A DNA stretch of 64,000 bases from an uncultured Clostridia bacterium. Lineage in GTDB: Bacteria; Bacillota; Clostridia; TANB77; CAG-508. Shown piece by piece: positions 18,433-28,558 of the stretch. Both the position numbers and the translations under genes were made by a program. Position 1 is the first letter of the stretch. Every line of letters starts with the position of its first letter. A model generated the notes under the pieces. It ran no database searches. It was not told the DNA's origin and was given only the letters and a program-made list of their open reading frames with translations. The stretch spans positions 26,367 through 90,366 of the forward strand of contig CANQEI010000005.1 of NCBI GenBank assembly GCA_947594845.1, in the 5' to 3' direction.

Positions 18433-19249
18433 ACTAATGTATATAACTAATAGTCCTGAAATTGCAAAAATAGCGGATAATGCAGGAGTAGATAGAATAT
18501 GGATTGATTTAGAAAAAAGAGGAAAAGAAGAACGTCAAAAAAATTTAAATACAGTAAAATCAAATCATGAAATTTCAGATATAGGAAAAGTAAAAAAAGT
18601 ATTAAAGAATGCAGAATTAATTGTTAGAGTAAATTCACTATACGATGGTTCAGAAGAAGAGATAGAACAAGTAATAGAACAAGGAGCAGATGTTATAATG
18701 CTACCTTATTTTAAAACACCAGAGGAAGTAAGAAAGTTTGTAGCAATAGTAAATAAGAGAACAAAAGTAAACTTATTGTGCGAGACACCAGAATCAGTAG
18801 AATGTATGGATGAAATACTAAAAATAGCTGGAATAGATGAAATTCATATAGGATTAAACGATTTGCATTTAGGATATAAAAAGAAATTTATGTTTGAACT
18901 ACTAGCTGATGGAACAGTAGAAAAACTATGCAACAAATTTAAAAAAGCTGGAATACCATATGGATTTGGAGGAATTGCAAGAATAGGAGAAGGAGCATTA
19001 CCAGCAGAAAATATTATTCCTGAACATTGTAGATTAGGCTCAACAATTGTTATTTTATCTAGAAGTTTTTGCGATACTACTAAAATTAATAATATTCAAG
19101 AAATACAAAGTATATTTAAAACAGGAGTAGAAGATATTAGAGCTTTTGAAAAAAAAGCAGAGCAATATAGTGAAGAAGAATATAAACAAAATAAAATAGA
19201 GATTGAACAAAAAGTTAGAAAAATTATTGGAGAGGAAATAGAAAAATAG
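18425..19249 (+). CDS. HpcH/HpaI aldolase / citrate-lyase-beta-like TIM-barrel protein
   Basis: Pattern ...RVN...GADVIMLPYFKTPEE...LLCETPESVECMDEI...IDEIHIGLNDL resembles the family. No search was done. Confidence 0.45.
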   Translation: MLKLMYITNSPEIAKIADNAGVDRIWIDLEKRGKEERQKNLNTVKSNHEISDIGKVKKVLKNAELIVRVNSLYDGSEEEIEQVIEQGADVIMLPYFKTPEEVRKFVAIVNKRTKVNLLCETPESVECMDEILKIAGIDEIHIGLNDLHLGYKKKFMFELLADGTVEKLCNKFKKAGIPYGFGGIARIGEGALPAENIIPEHCRLGSTIVILSRSFCDTTKINNIQEIQSIFKTGVEDIRAFEKKAEQYSEEEYKQNKIEIEQKVRKIIGEEIEK

Positions 19250-19263
19250 GGGAATAATAAAAA

Positions 19264-20295
19264 ATGATTTTTTATATAACTGTTTTAAGAGCTTTGGCGG
19301 CAATGCTAATAACGAATGCACATTATGTAGGAGTATATCCTACAGATATAATTGCTAATGGTGGATTGCTTGGAGATGTAATATTTTTTGCAGTATCAGG
19401 ATTTTGCTTATATCACATAAAAGATAATTTTATAAAATGGTATAAAAAAAGATTAATAAGAGTTTACCCAGTAACCTGGATTATAACAACAGCATACTTA
19501 TTAATTGGATTTTATAATTTGGAAAAAATGAATATCTTTGAATACATGTTATATCCAACCTATTATCATTTTATAGCCTCTATAATTCTTTTGTATATCA
19601 TATATTATATATATATATATATATATATACAGAGATGCGGGATTGCTGACACAAAGAAAAATTTAAAAAGTAAAATTGATCCAATGCTTTTTGGATTTGC
19701 CTTAACTTTTATAGTTCAACTTATCATATATTTAACTGTATATGATAAGAGTTATTATCATATTGATACTGTCAGAGAGTGGATGATTAGATTCTTATTT
19801 TTTGAATCAATGCTACTAGGTGCATACTTTAGAAAAAATATAGATAAATACATGAATAAAAATAAAATATCAAATTGGATATTAACATTTTTAATATTCA
19901 TCGTATATTTTGCATCTAAAATATTATTAGTAAAAGGAATAATAAATAGCCAATATCAACTAATTAATCAAATTATTTTACTAATACTTTTATATTATGT
20001 ATTTAAATCATTCTCAGGTATAGATGAAAAATTAAGAAAATTACCAAATAAAATTAAACAAATAATTGAGTTCATTGCCAATATCACTCTAGAAATTTAT
20101 TTAGTGCAATATCCAATTATTCCATTGCTAAAAAATATAATCTTTCCATTAAACTGGATAGCAATAACAATCACAATAATAATCTTAGCATATATTTTAT
20201 ACATTATTAAAAATAAAATTTTAGGAATTTTGCCGAAACAAAATAACGAGGAGAACAAAAAACAAAGTGAAAATATTATTAACAGGAGCAATTAA
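19264..20295 (+). CDS. Membrane acyltransferase family 3 protein (sugar O-acyltransferase)
   Basis: About 10 TM helices. N-terminal LRALAAMLI..H.. typical of the Acyl_transf_3 family. Lies inside the polysaccharide locus. Confidence 0.7.
   Translation: MIFYITVLRALAAMLITNAHYVGVYPTDIIANGGLLGDVIFFAVSGFCLYHIKDNFIKWYKKRLIRVYPVTWIITTAYLLIGFYNLEKMNIFEYMLYPTYYHFIASIILLYIIYYIYIYIYIQRCGIADTKKNLKSKIDPMLFGFALTFIVQLIIYLTVYDKSYYHIDTVREWMIRFLFFESMLLGAYFRKNIDKYMNKNKISNWILTFLIFIVYFASKILLVKGIINSQYQLINQIILLILLYYVFKSFSGIDEKLRKLPNKIKQIIEFIANITLEIYLVQYPIIPLLKNIIFPLNWIAITITIIILAYILYIIKNKILGILPKQNNEENKKQSENIINRSN
19606..19629. repeat. (TA)12 dinucleotide microsatellite inside the acyltransferase CDS
   Basis: Read directly from the sequence. 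Encodes ...YIYIYIYI.... Confidence 0.95.
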
Positions 20296-21181
20296 ATATT
20301 CTAAAAATCAAATAAACCAAATTAAACATCTTGGACTAGAAGTAACATTTGAACAAGATGAAAGAAATATAAATAGCAACTTAGAGGAGTACGATATTAT
20401 AGTTGGAAATGGAATATTTTTATACAATGATATAAAAAAATTTAAAAATTTAAAGATGATTCAACTTACTAGTGCAGGCTTAGATAGAGTACCTTTAGAA
20501 TATATAAAGCAAAAAAATATAAAATTATACAATGCTAGGGGTGTATACAGTATACCAATGGCAGAATGGACAATATTAAAAATACTAGAAATATACAAAA
20601 ATACAAAATTTTTTGTTGAAAATCAAAAAAATAAAAATTGGCAAAAAGAAAGAAATTTAAAAGAACTTACAGATAAAAAAGTAACTATAGTTGGATATGG
20701 TAGTGTTGGGGAAGAGATTGCAAAGAGATTAAAAGCATTTAACACATATATAACTGCTGTGGATGTAAATACCAAAATTTCTGAATATATAGATGCATAC
20801 AAAAATATAAATGAATTAGGACAAGCTTTAGAAAAAAGCGATATTGTTATATTAACGTTACCGTTAAATGAAAACACAGAAAATTTATTTAATGAAAAAT
20901 TATTTATGAGAATGAAAAATGATAGTCTTTTTATCAATATATCTAGAGGGAAAATTGTAAATCAACATGATTTAGTAGAAAACTTAAAAAAAGGAAAATT
21001 TCTTGGAGCTATACTTGATGTATTTGAAGAAGAACCACTAAACGCAGAAGACGAATTATGGAATTTTGAAAATGTTATTATTACACCGCATAACTCTTTT
21101 ATTGGTGAAAATAATAATAAAAGAATGTTTGATGTAATCATGGATAATTTAAAAAGCTATTTAAAATCAATAAATAATTAG
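20267..21181 (+). CDS. D-isomer-specific 2-hydroxyacid dehydrogenase family protein
   Basis: NAD motif VGYGSVGEEIAKRL, RGKIV, and the PH..S catalytic His region (TPHNS). GTG start. Confidence 0.75.
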   Translation: MKILLTGAIKYSKNQINQIKHLGLEVTFEQDERNINSNLEEYDIIVGNGIFLYNDIKKFKNLKMIQLTSAGLDRVPLEYIKQKNIKLYNARGVYSIPMAEWTILKILEIYKNTKFFVENQKNKNWQKERNLKELTDKKVTIVGYGSVGEEIAKRLKAFNTYITAVDVNTKISEYIDAYKNINELGQALEKSDIVILTLPLNENTENLFNEKLFMRMKNDSLFINISRGKIVNQHDLVENLKKGKFLGAILDVFEEEPLNAEDELWNFENVIITPHNSFIGENNNKRMFDVIMDNLKSYLKSINN

Positions 21182-21189
21182 GAGAGAAA

Positions 21190-22329
21190 ATGGAAGAAAA
21201 AAAAGTTCTATTAGTTGCAACTGTACAAAGCCATATAGCACAATTTCATAAACCATTAATAGATATGCTACATGAAAAAGGATACAAAGTACATATTGCT
21301 GCAAAAGATAATTTAAAAGAAAAAAATGGATTAAAAATAGAAAACGCAGATAAAATATTTAATGTTTGTTTTTCTAGATCACCTTTTAGAGTGAATAATA
21401 TAAAGGCATATAAACAATTAAGAGAAATCGTGAAAAAAAATCAATATGACATAATACACTGTAATACACCTATGGGAGGAGTTATATCTAGATTAGTCTC
21501 AAAAAAATATAGAAAAAATGGAATGAAGGTAATATATACTGTACATGGATTTCATTTTTATAAAGGAGCCCCTGCTATTAATTGGTTAGTATATTATCCT
21601 ATTGAAAAAGTATTATCAAAATATACAGATTGCCTTATAACAATGAATAAAGAAGATTATTTAATTGCACAAAACAAATTTAAATCAGAAAAGATAGAAT
21701 TTACACATGGAGTTGGAGTAAGAACAGAAAAATTTAGCAAAATGATAAATAATACAGAAAAAAAAGAATTAAGACAATCATTAAACCTAAAAGAAGATAA
21801 CATAGTTATCACATATGTTGCGGAATTAATGCCAAGAAAAAATCATTATATGCTATTGAATTGTATAGAAAAATTGATACAGGAAAATCGTAATATAAAA
21901 CTGCTACTTGTAGGAAACGGAAAGCTAGAGGAAAATTTAAAGAAAATAATAAATGAAAAAAAATTGGAAAATAATGTTGAACTTTTAGGATATAGATTAG
22001 ATGTTCCTCAATTAATGCAAATTTCAGACATATATGTATCTACTTCAAAACAAGAAGGTTTACCGGTAAATATAATGGAAGCAATGATAACTGGTTTACC
22101 AATTGTGGCAACAAATTGTAGGGGAAATAATGATTTGGTAGAAAATAATGTAAATGGATATGTTGTAGATATAGGTAATGAAAAAATTTTCAACGAAAAA
22201 ATACAACAACTTATAGATAATAAAGAACTAAGAGAAAAATTTGGAAAAGAAGGACAGAAAAAAATAGAAAAATATAAAGTTGAAAATGTAATAAAAGAAC
22301 TAGAACAAATTTATAATATGTATATATAA
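21190..22329 (+). CDS. Glycosyltransferase, GT4 family
   Basis: C-terminal EGLPVNIMEAMITGLPIVATNCRGNNDLV (E-x7-E region). Confidence 0.85.
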   Translation: MEEKKVLLVATVQSHIAQFHKPLIDMLHEKGYKVHIAAKDNLKEKNGLKIENADKIFNVCFSRSPFRVNNIKAYKQLREIVKKNQYDIIHCNTPMGGVISRLVSKKYRKNGMKVIYTVHGFHFYKGAPAINWLVYYPIEKVLSKYTDCLITMNKEDYLIAQNKFKSEKIEFTHGVGVRTEKFSKMINNTEKKELRQSLNLKEDNIVITYVAELMPRKNHYMLLNCIEKLIQENRNIKLLLVGNGKLEENLKKIINEKKLENNVELLGYRLDVPQLMQISDIYVSTSKQEGLPVNIMEAMITGLPIVATNCRGNNDLVENNVNGYVVDIGNEKIFNEKIQQLIDNKELREKFGKEGQKKIEKYKVENVIKELEQIYNMYI

Positions 22330-22343
22330 AGGAAGGTAAAACA

Positions 22344-23387
22344 ATGAAAAAATCAATAATAGGCGTTATAGGAATATCAATAGATGATAATTATAAATGG
22401 AAAGACTCATTAATTAGCCCTAGGGTTACATGTTCTGATGAAAAAATATATGAAAAATGTAAACAATTTATAGAAATAAAATATGTAAAAAAAGTAGATT
22501 ATTCTAAAGCTAGACGAATTACTGGCGAAATATATGGATGCGATGAATTTATATATGATAACGAAAAAACAATAAAAATTTATTTTAAAAATGAAAACAC
22601 TTGTGTAATAGAATCAAATCAACAAGTTAATGAATGGTTTAAAATAATAGTAAATATACTTTTATTAAAAGAAGGGTATACATTTATCCATGCTGCTGCG
22701 GTTTCAAAAGATAATAAAGCTTTAGTTTTACCATCATGGGGTGGAGTAGGGAAAACTGCTTCAGTATCAAAGTTAATAAGGAAAGGGTATAAATTATTAG
22801 GAGATGATATGAATATAATTACAGCTGAAGGAAAAATTTATCCATTTCCAAAAGAATTTGTCTTATATTTTTATCATAAAGAATTATTCCCAGAAGTATT
22901 TAAAGAAAAAGGACCAAAATGTGGAAGCAAAATGAATGACTTCTATGAAAAAATAAAACCAGCTGTAAAAAAAGTTACAAGATGTGTACCTGGAGTTTTG
23001 GCATATGCAAGAAAACATAACCCACAAGCTAGTAAAGTTTCTCCTATCGAAATTTTTGGAGAAGATGTTGTTTCATCAGTAAGTGATATAAAACAAATTA
23101 TGTGGATTGAACGAAACAAAGATGAAAACACGTATAAAAAAATGGATAAAGAACAGATAGCAGCTAAAGCAACAGCTGTAACTCTAAATGAAATTATGGG
23201 CAAAGATTTACAAGCTGTATTAATAATGTGTGGTTTCTATCAAATAAACATTAAAGATGTTTTTGAAAAAATGTATCATATATATGAACAAGCTTTTAGC
23301 AATTCAATAACAGGCATATTAAATGTTTCAACAAAGGAAGATGTATCAATAGTGGCAGATAAAGTTCAAGAAAACATAAAATTTTAA
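22344..23387 (+). CDS. Hypothetical protein with an HPr-kinase-C-terminal-like P-loop segment
   Basis: IHAAAVSKDNKALVLPSWGGVGKTASVSKLIRKGYKLLGDD parallels the HprK core (H..v.i.g.gvLi.G.SG.GKS..al.Li.rGh.LvaDD). Confidence 0.4.
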   Translation: MKKSIIGVIGISIDDNYKWKDSLISPRVTCSDEKIYEKCKQFIEIKYVKKVDYSKARRITGEIYGCDEFIYDNEKTIKIYFKNENTCVIESNQQVNEWFKIIVNILLLKEGYTFIHAAAVSKDNKALVLPSWGGVGKTASVSKLIRKGYKLLGDDMNIITAEGKIYPFPKEFVLYFYHKELFPEVFKEKGPKCGSKMNDFYEKIKPAVKKVTRCVPGVLAYARKHNPQASKVSPIEIFGEDVVSSVSDIKQIMWIERNKDENTYKKMDKEQIAAKATAVTLNEIMGKDLQAVLIMCGFYQINIKDVFEKMYHIYEQAFSNSITGILNVSTKEDVSIVADKVQENIKF

Positions 23388-23405
23388 GAAGGGAATAAAT
23401 AATGA

Positions 23406-24599
23406 ATGAAAATAGTGTTCTTATTAAATGTAAAGTTAGTTAAAAAAGATACATTATATTATACAACAGGTGCAGTTGATAGAGCATACTTAGAAAGACA
23501 TAAAATAAATAAAGATGATGAATTGATAGTGGTGTGCAGAGAAGAAAACGCGTTAGATCAAGTAAAAAGTAAAAAATTAGCTTTAGCAAGTGGAAATAAT
23601 ATAGATTTTATAACATTAAAAAACTATAAACAATTAAATAATAAAGAAAAACAAAATGAAATAAAAGCACAAATACAAAATTGTGATCTATGCTACGTAA
23701 AATTGCCAGGTATTGTAGGATTAAAATTTATTCCATTTATTAATAAAAACAATAAAACATGCATTACAGAAGTTGTTGGATGCACATGGGATTCACTAAA
23801 TAATTACGGAAAACTAAAGTATAAAATGTTTGCTCCAATATCATACATTTTAAATAAAAAAGCAATAAAAAATTCTAAAAGTGTAATATATGTAACTGAT
23901 AAGTTTTTACAAAAAAGGTATCCAACCAATGGAAATAATATTGCATGTTCCGATGTTAATATTTCGGAAGTTTCAGAAAACGTATTAAAAAATAGAATCA
24001 TAAAAATAGAAAAAAATGATAATGAAAAAATAAAATTAGGTCTTATTGGTTCATTAAATGTTAATTTTAAAGGACATAAGGAAGCAATAAAAGCAGTATC
24101 AATTTTAAAAGATAAATATAATATAGAATTGCATTTTCTTGGAGTCGGAAATTCAGATAGATGGAAGCCTCTTATTAAAAAATATAAAGTAGAAAAAAAT
24201 GTGTTTTTTGATGGTACATTACCAAGTGGAGAAGCAGTATTTAAATGGATGGATGATCTTGACTTATTTTTGATGCCGAGCTTACAAGAGGGATTACCTA
24301 GATCCCTCGTAGAGGCAATGAGTAGAGCATGCCCAGCCATAGGAACTAATACAGGTGGAATACCTGAATTAATAAATAAAAAAATGATATGCAGAAGAAA
24401 AGATTACAAAGAATTGGCTAAAAAAATAGAAGAACTTATTAACAATAAAGAAGAAATGAAAGAAATTGCATATGAAAATTTTAACACCTCAAAAAAATTT
24501 ATTAAAGCAAAATTAGATAAAAAAAGAAAAGAATTTGAAAACCAAGTCATACAAGAGGGAAAAAATGACATTAATATAAATTTACGGAGGAAAAAATGA
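23406..24599 (+). CDS. Glycosyltransferase, GT4 family
   Basis: PSLQEGLPRSLVEAMSRACPAIGTNTGGIPELI. Confidence 0.8.
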   Translation: MKIVFLLNVKLVKKDTLYYTTGAVDRAYLERHKINKDDELIVVCREENALDQVKSKKLALASGNNIDFITLKNYKQLNNKEKQNEIKAQIQNCDLCYVKLPGIVGLKFIPFINKNNKTCITEVVGCTWDSLNNYGKLKYKMFAPISYILNKKAIKNSKSVIYVTDKFLQKRYPTNGNNIACSDVNISEVSENVLKNRIIKIEKNDNEKIKLGLIGSLNVNFKGHKEAIKAVSILKDKYNIELHFLGVGNSDRWKPLIKKYKVEKNVFFDGTLPSGEAVFKWMDDLDLFLMPSLQEGLPRSLVEAMSRACPAIGTNTGGIPELINKKMICRRKDYKELAKKIEELINNKEEMKEIAYENFNTSKKFIKAKLDKKRKEFENQVIQEGKNDININLRRKK

Positions 24600-25900
24600 T
24601 TAATGTAATAAAATTATTTACTATAGTAATTGGTACATTAATATTTATAGTAGATTTAAGTAACTATTTAAAAGGAAAAAATAAAAACATTACAATTTTT
24701 GTTCAAAGTGTTTTTTACTTTTTTTATTATGTTCCATTAATATTGGATGTTTTTTATAAAATTCCTATTTATACTGAAAAAAATCATCATGGATTTTCAA
24801 TATCATATGATGATTTTAGTACGGAAGTTATATATTGTATAATTATAACTTACTTAAATTATATGTTTCATTTTTTCCAAAAAAGAAATGTTTACACTAC
24901 GGTGTTAGATAAAAAAAATTCTAGCAGAATAAGAATACAATTATATTCTATAATTTTATTCTGTACATTAATAGGTATTGTTATATACACAATAACATTA
25001 ATGGACGAACAAATTTTTGAAGCACTGATTACCTATAAGTTAAGACATATTCATACTGAAAATGCAGATACTCTAAAAAAGCTATCTTTTATTATTGTAG
25101 CAATATCACTAGTATTTACTATGATAGAAGGTGACAAACGAAAGACTAAGCATAAAATTATATGCATGATACCATTTTTAATTTATGCAAGCCTAATAAA
25201 TGGAAAAAAGGCAACTATATTTATATCAATTGTTGGAATTATAATGGTATTACTAATAAAAAATATAATAAAAAGAAAGAAAACAATAATTATGATAGTT
25301 GCAATTGCATGTATTGCAATGTTTGCATATCAAAAATATTATAATTTAAATGTAGCTAAAGAAATCGATAATGAATATACGTCGTATAGAATTTATTATT
25401 GTAGAGATAATACCTTAAAAATGACTATATATTCAGAGAAAAATAATGACAGAATATTAGAATATAGAGGAGAAAGTGCACTATATTATTTAACTTTTTA
25501 TATACCAAGATCAGTATGGAAAGAAAAGCCTTACCCATATGCAGTATATTTTACAGATTATTTAGTAAATCTAAAAAAAGTAAGACCTTTATCTTGGAAT
25601 ATGACAACATCAATATATGATGAATTTTTGTCTAATTTTGGATGGCTAGGAATTCTATTAATACCATTTTTAATGAATTTTGCAATAAAACAAATTCATA
25701 AAAGAAATAAAGGAATGCTTGGAAAAGGAATTGTTTTTTTAGGAATACTAGATATTGTATTACTGCTTGCAGTTCAAGTTTCTGCATTTTTGATTTTATA
25801 TATTGCATTAATTGTTATGATGGGAATATATGATATTAATGAAAAATTTAAAAAAAATCAAATGAAATTTATTGATGCAGGAAAAGAGGAGAGATCATGA
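24596..25900 (+). CDS. Wzy-like oligosaccharide repeat-unit polymerase (polytopic membrane protein)
   Basis: About 10-12 TM segments, no cytoplasmic domain, located between GT genes and wzx. Assignment is by context. Confidence 0.55.
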   Translation: MINVIKLFTIVIGTLIFIVDLSNYLKGKNKNITIFVQSVFYFFYYVPLILDVFYKIPIYTEKNHHGFSISYDDFSTEVIYCIIITYLNYMFHFFQKRNVYTTVLDKKNSSRIRIQLYSIILFCTLIGIVIYTITLMDEQIFEALITYKLRHIHTENADTLKKLSFIIVAISLVFTMIEGDKRKTKHKIICMIPFLIYASLINGKKATIFISIVGIIMVLLIKNIIKRKKTIIMIVAIACIAMFAYQKYYNLNVAKEIDNEYTSYRIYYCRDNTLKMTIYSEKNNDRILEYRGESALYYLTFYIPRSVWKEKPYPYAVYFTDYLVNLKKVRPLSWNMTTSIYDEFLSNFGWLGILLIPFLMNFAIKQIHKRNKGMLGKGIVFLGILDIVLLLAVQVSAFLILYIALIVMMGIYDINEKFKKNQMKFIDAGKEERS

Positions 25901-27090
25901 ATTATATATTTTTAAGAGGAAATCTTTTGGAAAGAGCAGGAGGGCCATCTACTTATTTATACAATTTAAAAATAGGATTAGAACAATTACAAGAAAAAAA
26001 TATAAAATTCATATATGATGAAAAGATAAAAACAGATAATCAAAAAAAACAAATAAAAAAATATAAAGAAAAAGTTGCAAAGTTTTTTCCAAAAATATAT
26101 GGAATAATTATGTTAAAACATTCAACTAATGATGCATTTCATAAAAGATTAAAAGAAAAAAAAGATATAGATTTAATACATTTTCACAGTGTAGTAGATT
26201 TAACTAATTCGATAGGATATATACCATCAAATACAATAAAGATACTAACATCTCATTGCCCAGAAAATCCTGCTATTGAATTCAGAAATAGGTTAAAGGC
26301 TAAGACTTTAAATAAAAAATGCAATTTTAAAGGAATCGAAAAAAAATATTATACTAAATATGTAAAAAAAGCATTTCAAGAAGCCGATATCCTAGTATTT
26401 CCATCAAAAGAGGCAATGGAACCATATTATGAAACTTGTCCTGAGTTTGAAGATTTAATAAATGCTAAAGATATAAGGTATATACTGACAGGAACACAAC
26501 CATTAGAATATAAAAAAAGCAGAGAAGATTTCAGAAAAGAAAATAATATTACAAAAGATGCTTTTGTATTATGCTTTATTGGAAGACATAATGAAGTAAA
26601 AGGATATGACAATTTTATAAAAATGGCAACAGAAGCTATGGAAAAAGAAAAAAATATTTATGTTATTACAGCAGGAATTGGTGAAATAGAATCTCCTAAA
26701 AACGAGAGATGGATAGATATTGGATGGACAAATGATCCAGGTAGTGTAGTAAACGCAGCGGATTTATTTGTTTTACCAAACAAAAGAACTTATTTTGACT
26801 TAATTTTACTTGAAGTTTTATCAATAGGAAAAACATGTCTAGTTTCAAATACTGGAGGAAATAAAACAGTAGAAAAGTTATCTAAAGGTGTATTGAAATA
26901 TAATAATATAGATGAAGCTATACATACAATATTAGATTTGTATCAAAATAGAGAAAAACTAAAAGATTTAGAAAAAGAAAATAAAAAAGTATATGAGGAG
27001 TATTTTACGGTAGACAAATTCGCTAAAAATTATATTGAAATGATAGAAAGTATAAAAAGAGATAAAGAGAAAGAGAATAATAATGAGTAA
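25897..27090 (+). CDS. Glycosyltransferase (GT-B fold, GT4-like)
   Basis: C-terminal YFDLILLEVLSIGKTCLVSNTGGN region. 4-nt start/stop overlap with neighbours. Confidence 0.6.
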   Translation: MNYIFLRGNLLERAGGPSTYLYNLKIGLEQLQEKNIKFIYDEKIKTDNQKKQIKKYKEKVAKFFPKIYGIIMLKHSTNDAFHKRLKEKKDIDLIHFHSVVDLTNSIGYIPSNTIKILTSHCPENPAIEFRNRLKAKTLNKKCNFKGIEKKYYTKYVKKAFQEADILVFPSKEAMEPYYETCPEFEDLINAKDIRYILTGTQPLEYKKSREDFRKENNITKDAFVLCFIGRHNEVKGYDNFIKMATEAMEKEKNIYVITAGIGEIESPKNERWIDIGWTNDPGSVVNAADLFVLPNKRTYFDLILLEVLSIGKTCLVSNTGGNKTVEKLSKGVLKYNNIDEAIHTILDLYQNREKLKDLEKENKKVYEEYFTVDKFAKNYIEMIESIKRDKEKENNNE

Positions 27091-28558
27091 AAAAAGTATT
27101 GCTAAAAATTATGCGTATAATTTAACATATCAAATATTAATATTAATATTGCCATTAATAACAACACCATATATCTCAAGAGTATTAGGCGCAGAAAATA
27201 TAGGAATATATAGTTATACTCTATCAATAGCTACATATTTTGTATTGTTTGGATCATTAGGAATAGCAATGTATGCACAAAGAGAAATAGCATATGTACA
27301 GGATGATGTAAAAAAAAGAAGTAAAATTTTTGTAGAAATTATTATTTTAAGATTGATAACCATGTTTATATCTACATTAATTTATTATTTTATGTTCATA
27401 AATGGTAGCGAATTTCAATTATATTATAAAATTCTATTATTAGAAATATTAGCAAATTGTTTAGATATTTCGTGGTATTTTCAAGGACTAGAAGAATTCA
27501 AAAAAACTATAATGAGAAATATGATTGTTAAAATATTAAGTATTTTATGCATATTTCTTTTCGTTAAATCTCCAGAAAATCTAGTAACATATTTTATAAT
27601 ATATGTTGCTTCTAATTTATTAGGGAATATGTCTTTATGGTTATATTTACATAAATATTTAAAAAAAGTAAAGCTTAAAGAAATAAAAGTATTTAAACAT
27701 TTGAAACCTACTATTTCGTTTTTTATACCTCAAATTGCAATTCAATGTTATGTTCTACTAGATAAAGTTATGCTAGGTGCAATAATTAATAATAAATCAG
27801 AAGTAGGTTATTACGAGCAAGCACAAAAACTAGTTAAAGTATTTTTAACAGTTATTACAGCATTAGGAACTGTCATGTTTCCAAGAATAGCAAATAATTA
27901 TATAAAAGGTGAAAAAGAAACAATAAATAGATACATGCATATGTCATTTAAATTTATATTTTTATTATCTATTCCTATGATCCTAGGAATAATAATAATT
28001 TCAAGCAATTTTGTGCCATTATTTTTAGGAAATGGATATGATAAAGTTCCAATAATTATGAAAGTAATAAGCCCAATATTATTGATGATAGGTTTAAGCA
28101 ATGCAACAGGAACACAATATTTACTTTCTACGCAGAGACAGAAGGAATATACAATTTCTGTTTTTGTTGGAGCAATATGTAACTGTATTGCTAATTTAAT
28201 TTTTATACCTCAACTAGGAGCAATAGGAGCTGCTATAGGAACTGTTATAGCAGAAACAATGGTAACAACTGTTCAATTCTTTTGCATAAGAAAAGATATT
28301 AATATATTAAAAGTAATAAAATCTTCTGTAAATTATATAATATCTGGAATTATAATGTTTTTAATATGTGTAATATTGGGAAACTTAATATCAAACTATA
28401 ATAGTATTATAATAATTGGTACACAAATATTATTGGGATGTTTTATATATTTTTCAATTTTAATTTTTGTTATTAAAGATGAATTTGTTATATCTATATT
28501 AGATAAAGTAAAAAATAAAATTGTAGGGCCAATAAAAAAAGGAGAAATAAATGAGTAA
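27083..28558 (+). CDS. Wzx-type oligosaccharide flippase (MOP superfamily)
   Basis: 491 aa, about 14 TM segments. N-terminal NYAYNLTYQILILILPLITTPYISRVLG is typical of the polysaccharide biosynthesis protein family. Confidence 0.8.
   Translation: MSKKSIAKNYAYNLTYQILILILPLITTPYISRVLGAENIGIYSYTLSIATYFVLFGSLGIAMYAQREIAYVQDDVKKRSKIFVEIIILRLITMFISTLIYYFMFINGSEFQLYYKILLLEILANCLDISWYFQGLEEFKKTIMRNMIVKILSILCIFLFVKSPENLVTYFIIYVASNLLGNMSLWLYLHKYLKKVKLKEIKVFKHLKPTISFFIPQIAIQCYVLLDKVMLGAIINNKSEVGYYEQAQKLVKVFLTVITALGTVMFPRIANNYIKGEKETINRYMHMSFKFIFLLSIPMILGIIIISSNFVPLFLGNGYDKVPIIMKVISPILLMIGLSNATGTQYLLSTQRQKEYTISVFVGAICNCIANLIFIPQLGAIGAAIGTVIAETMVTTVQFFCIRKDINILKVIKSSVNYIISGIIMFLICVILGNLISNYNSIIIIGTQILLGCFIYFSILIFVIKDEFVISILDKVKNKIVGPIKKGEINE

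Noticed and set aside
25162-25344. 60-aa + strand ORF inside the Wzy-like gene
   Set aside because: It is an alternative frame of a well-supported polytopic membrane gene and has no independent signals.
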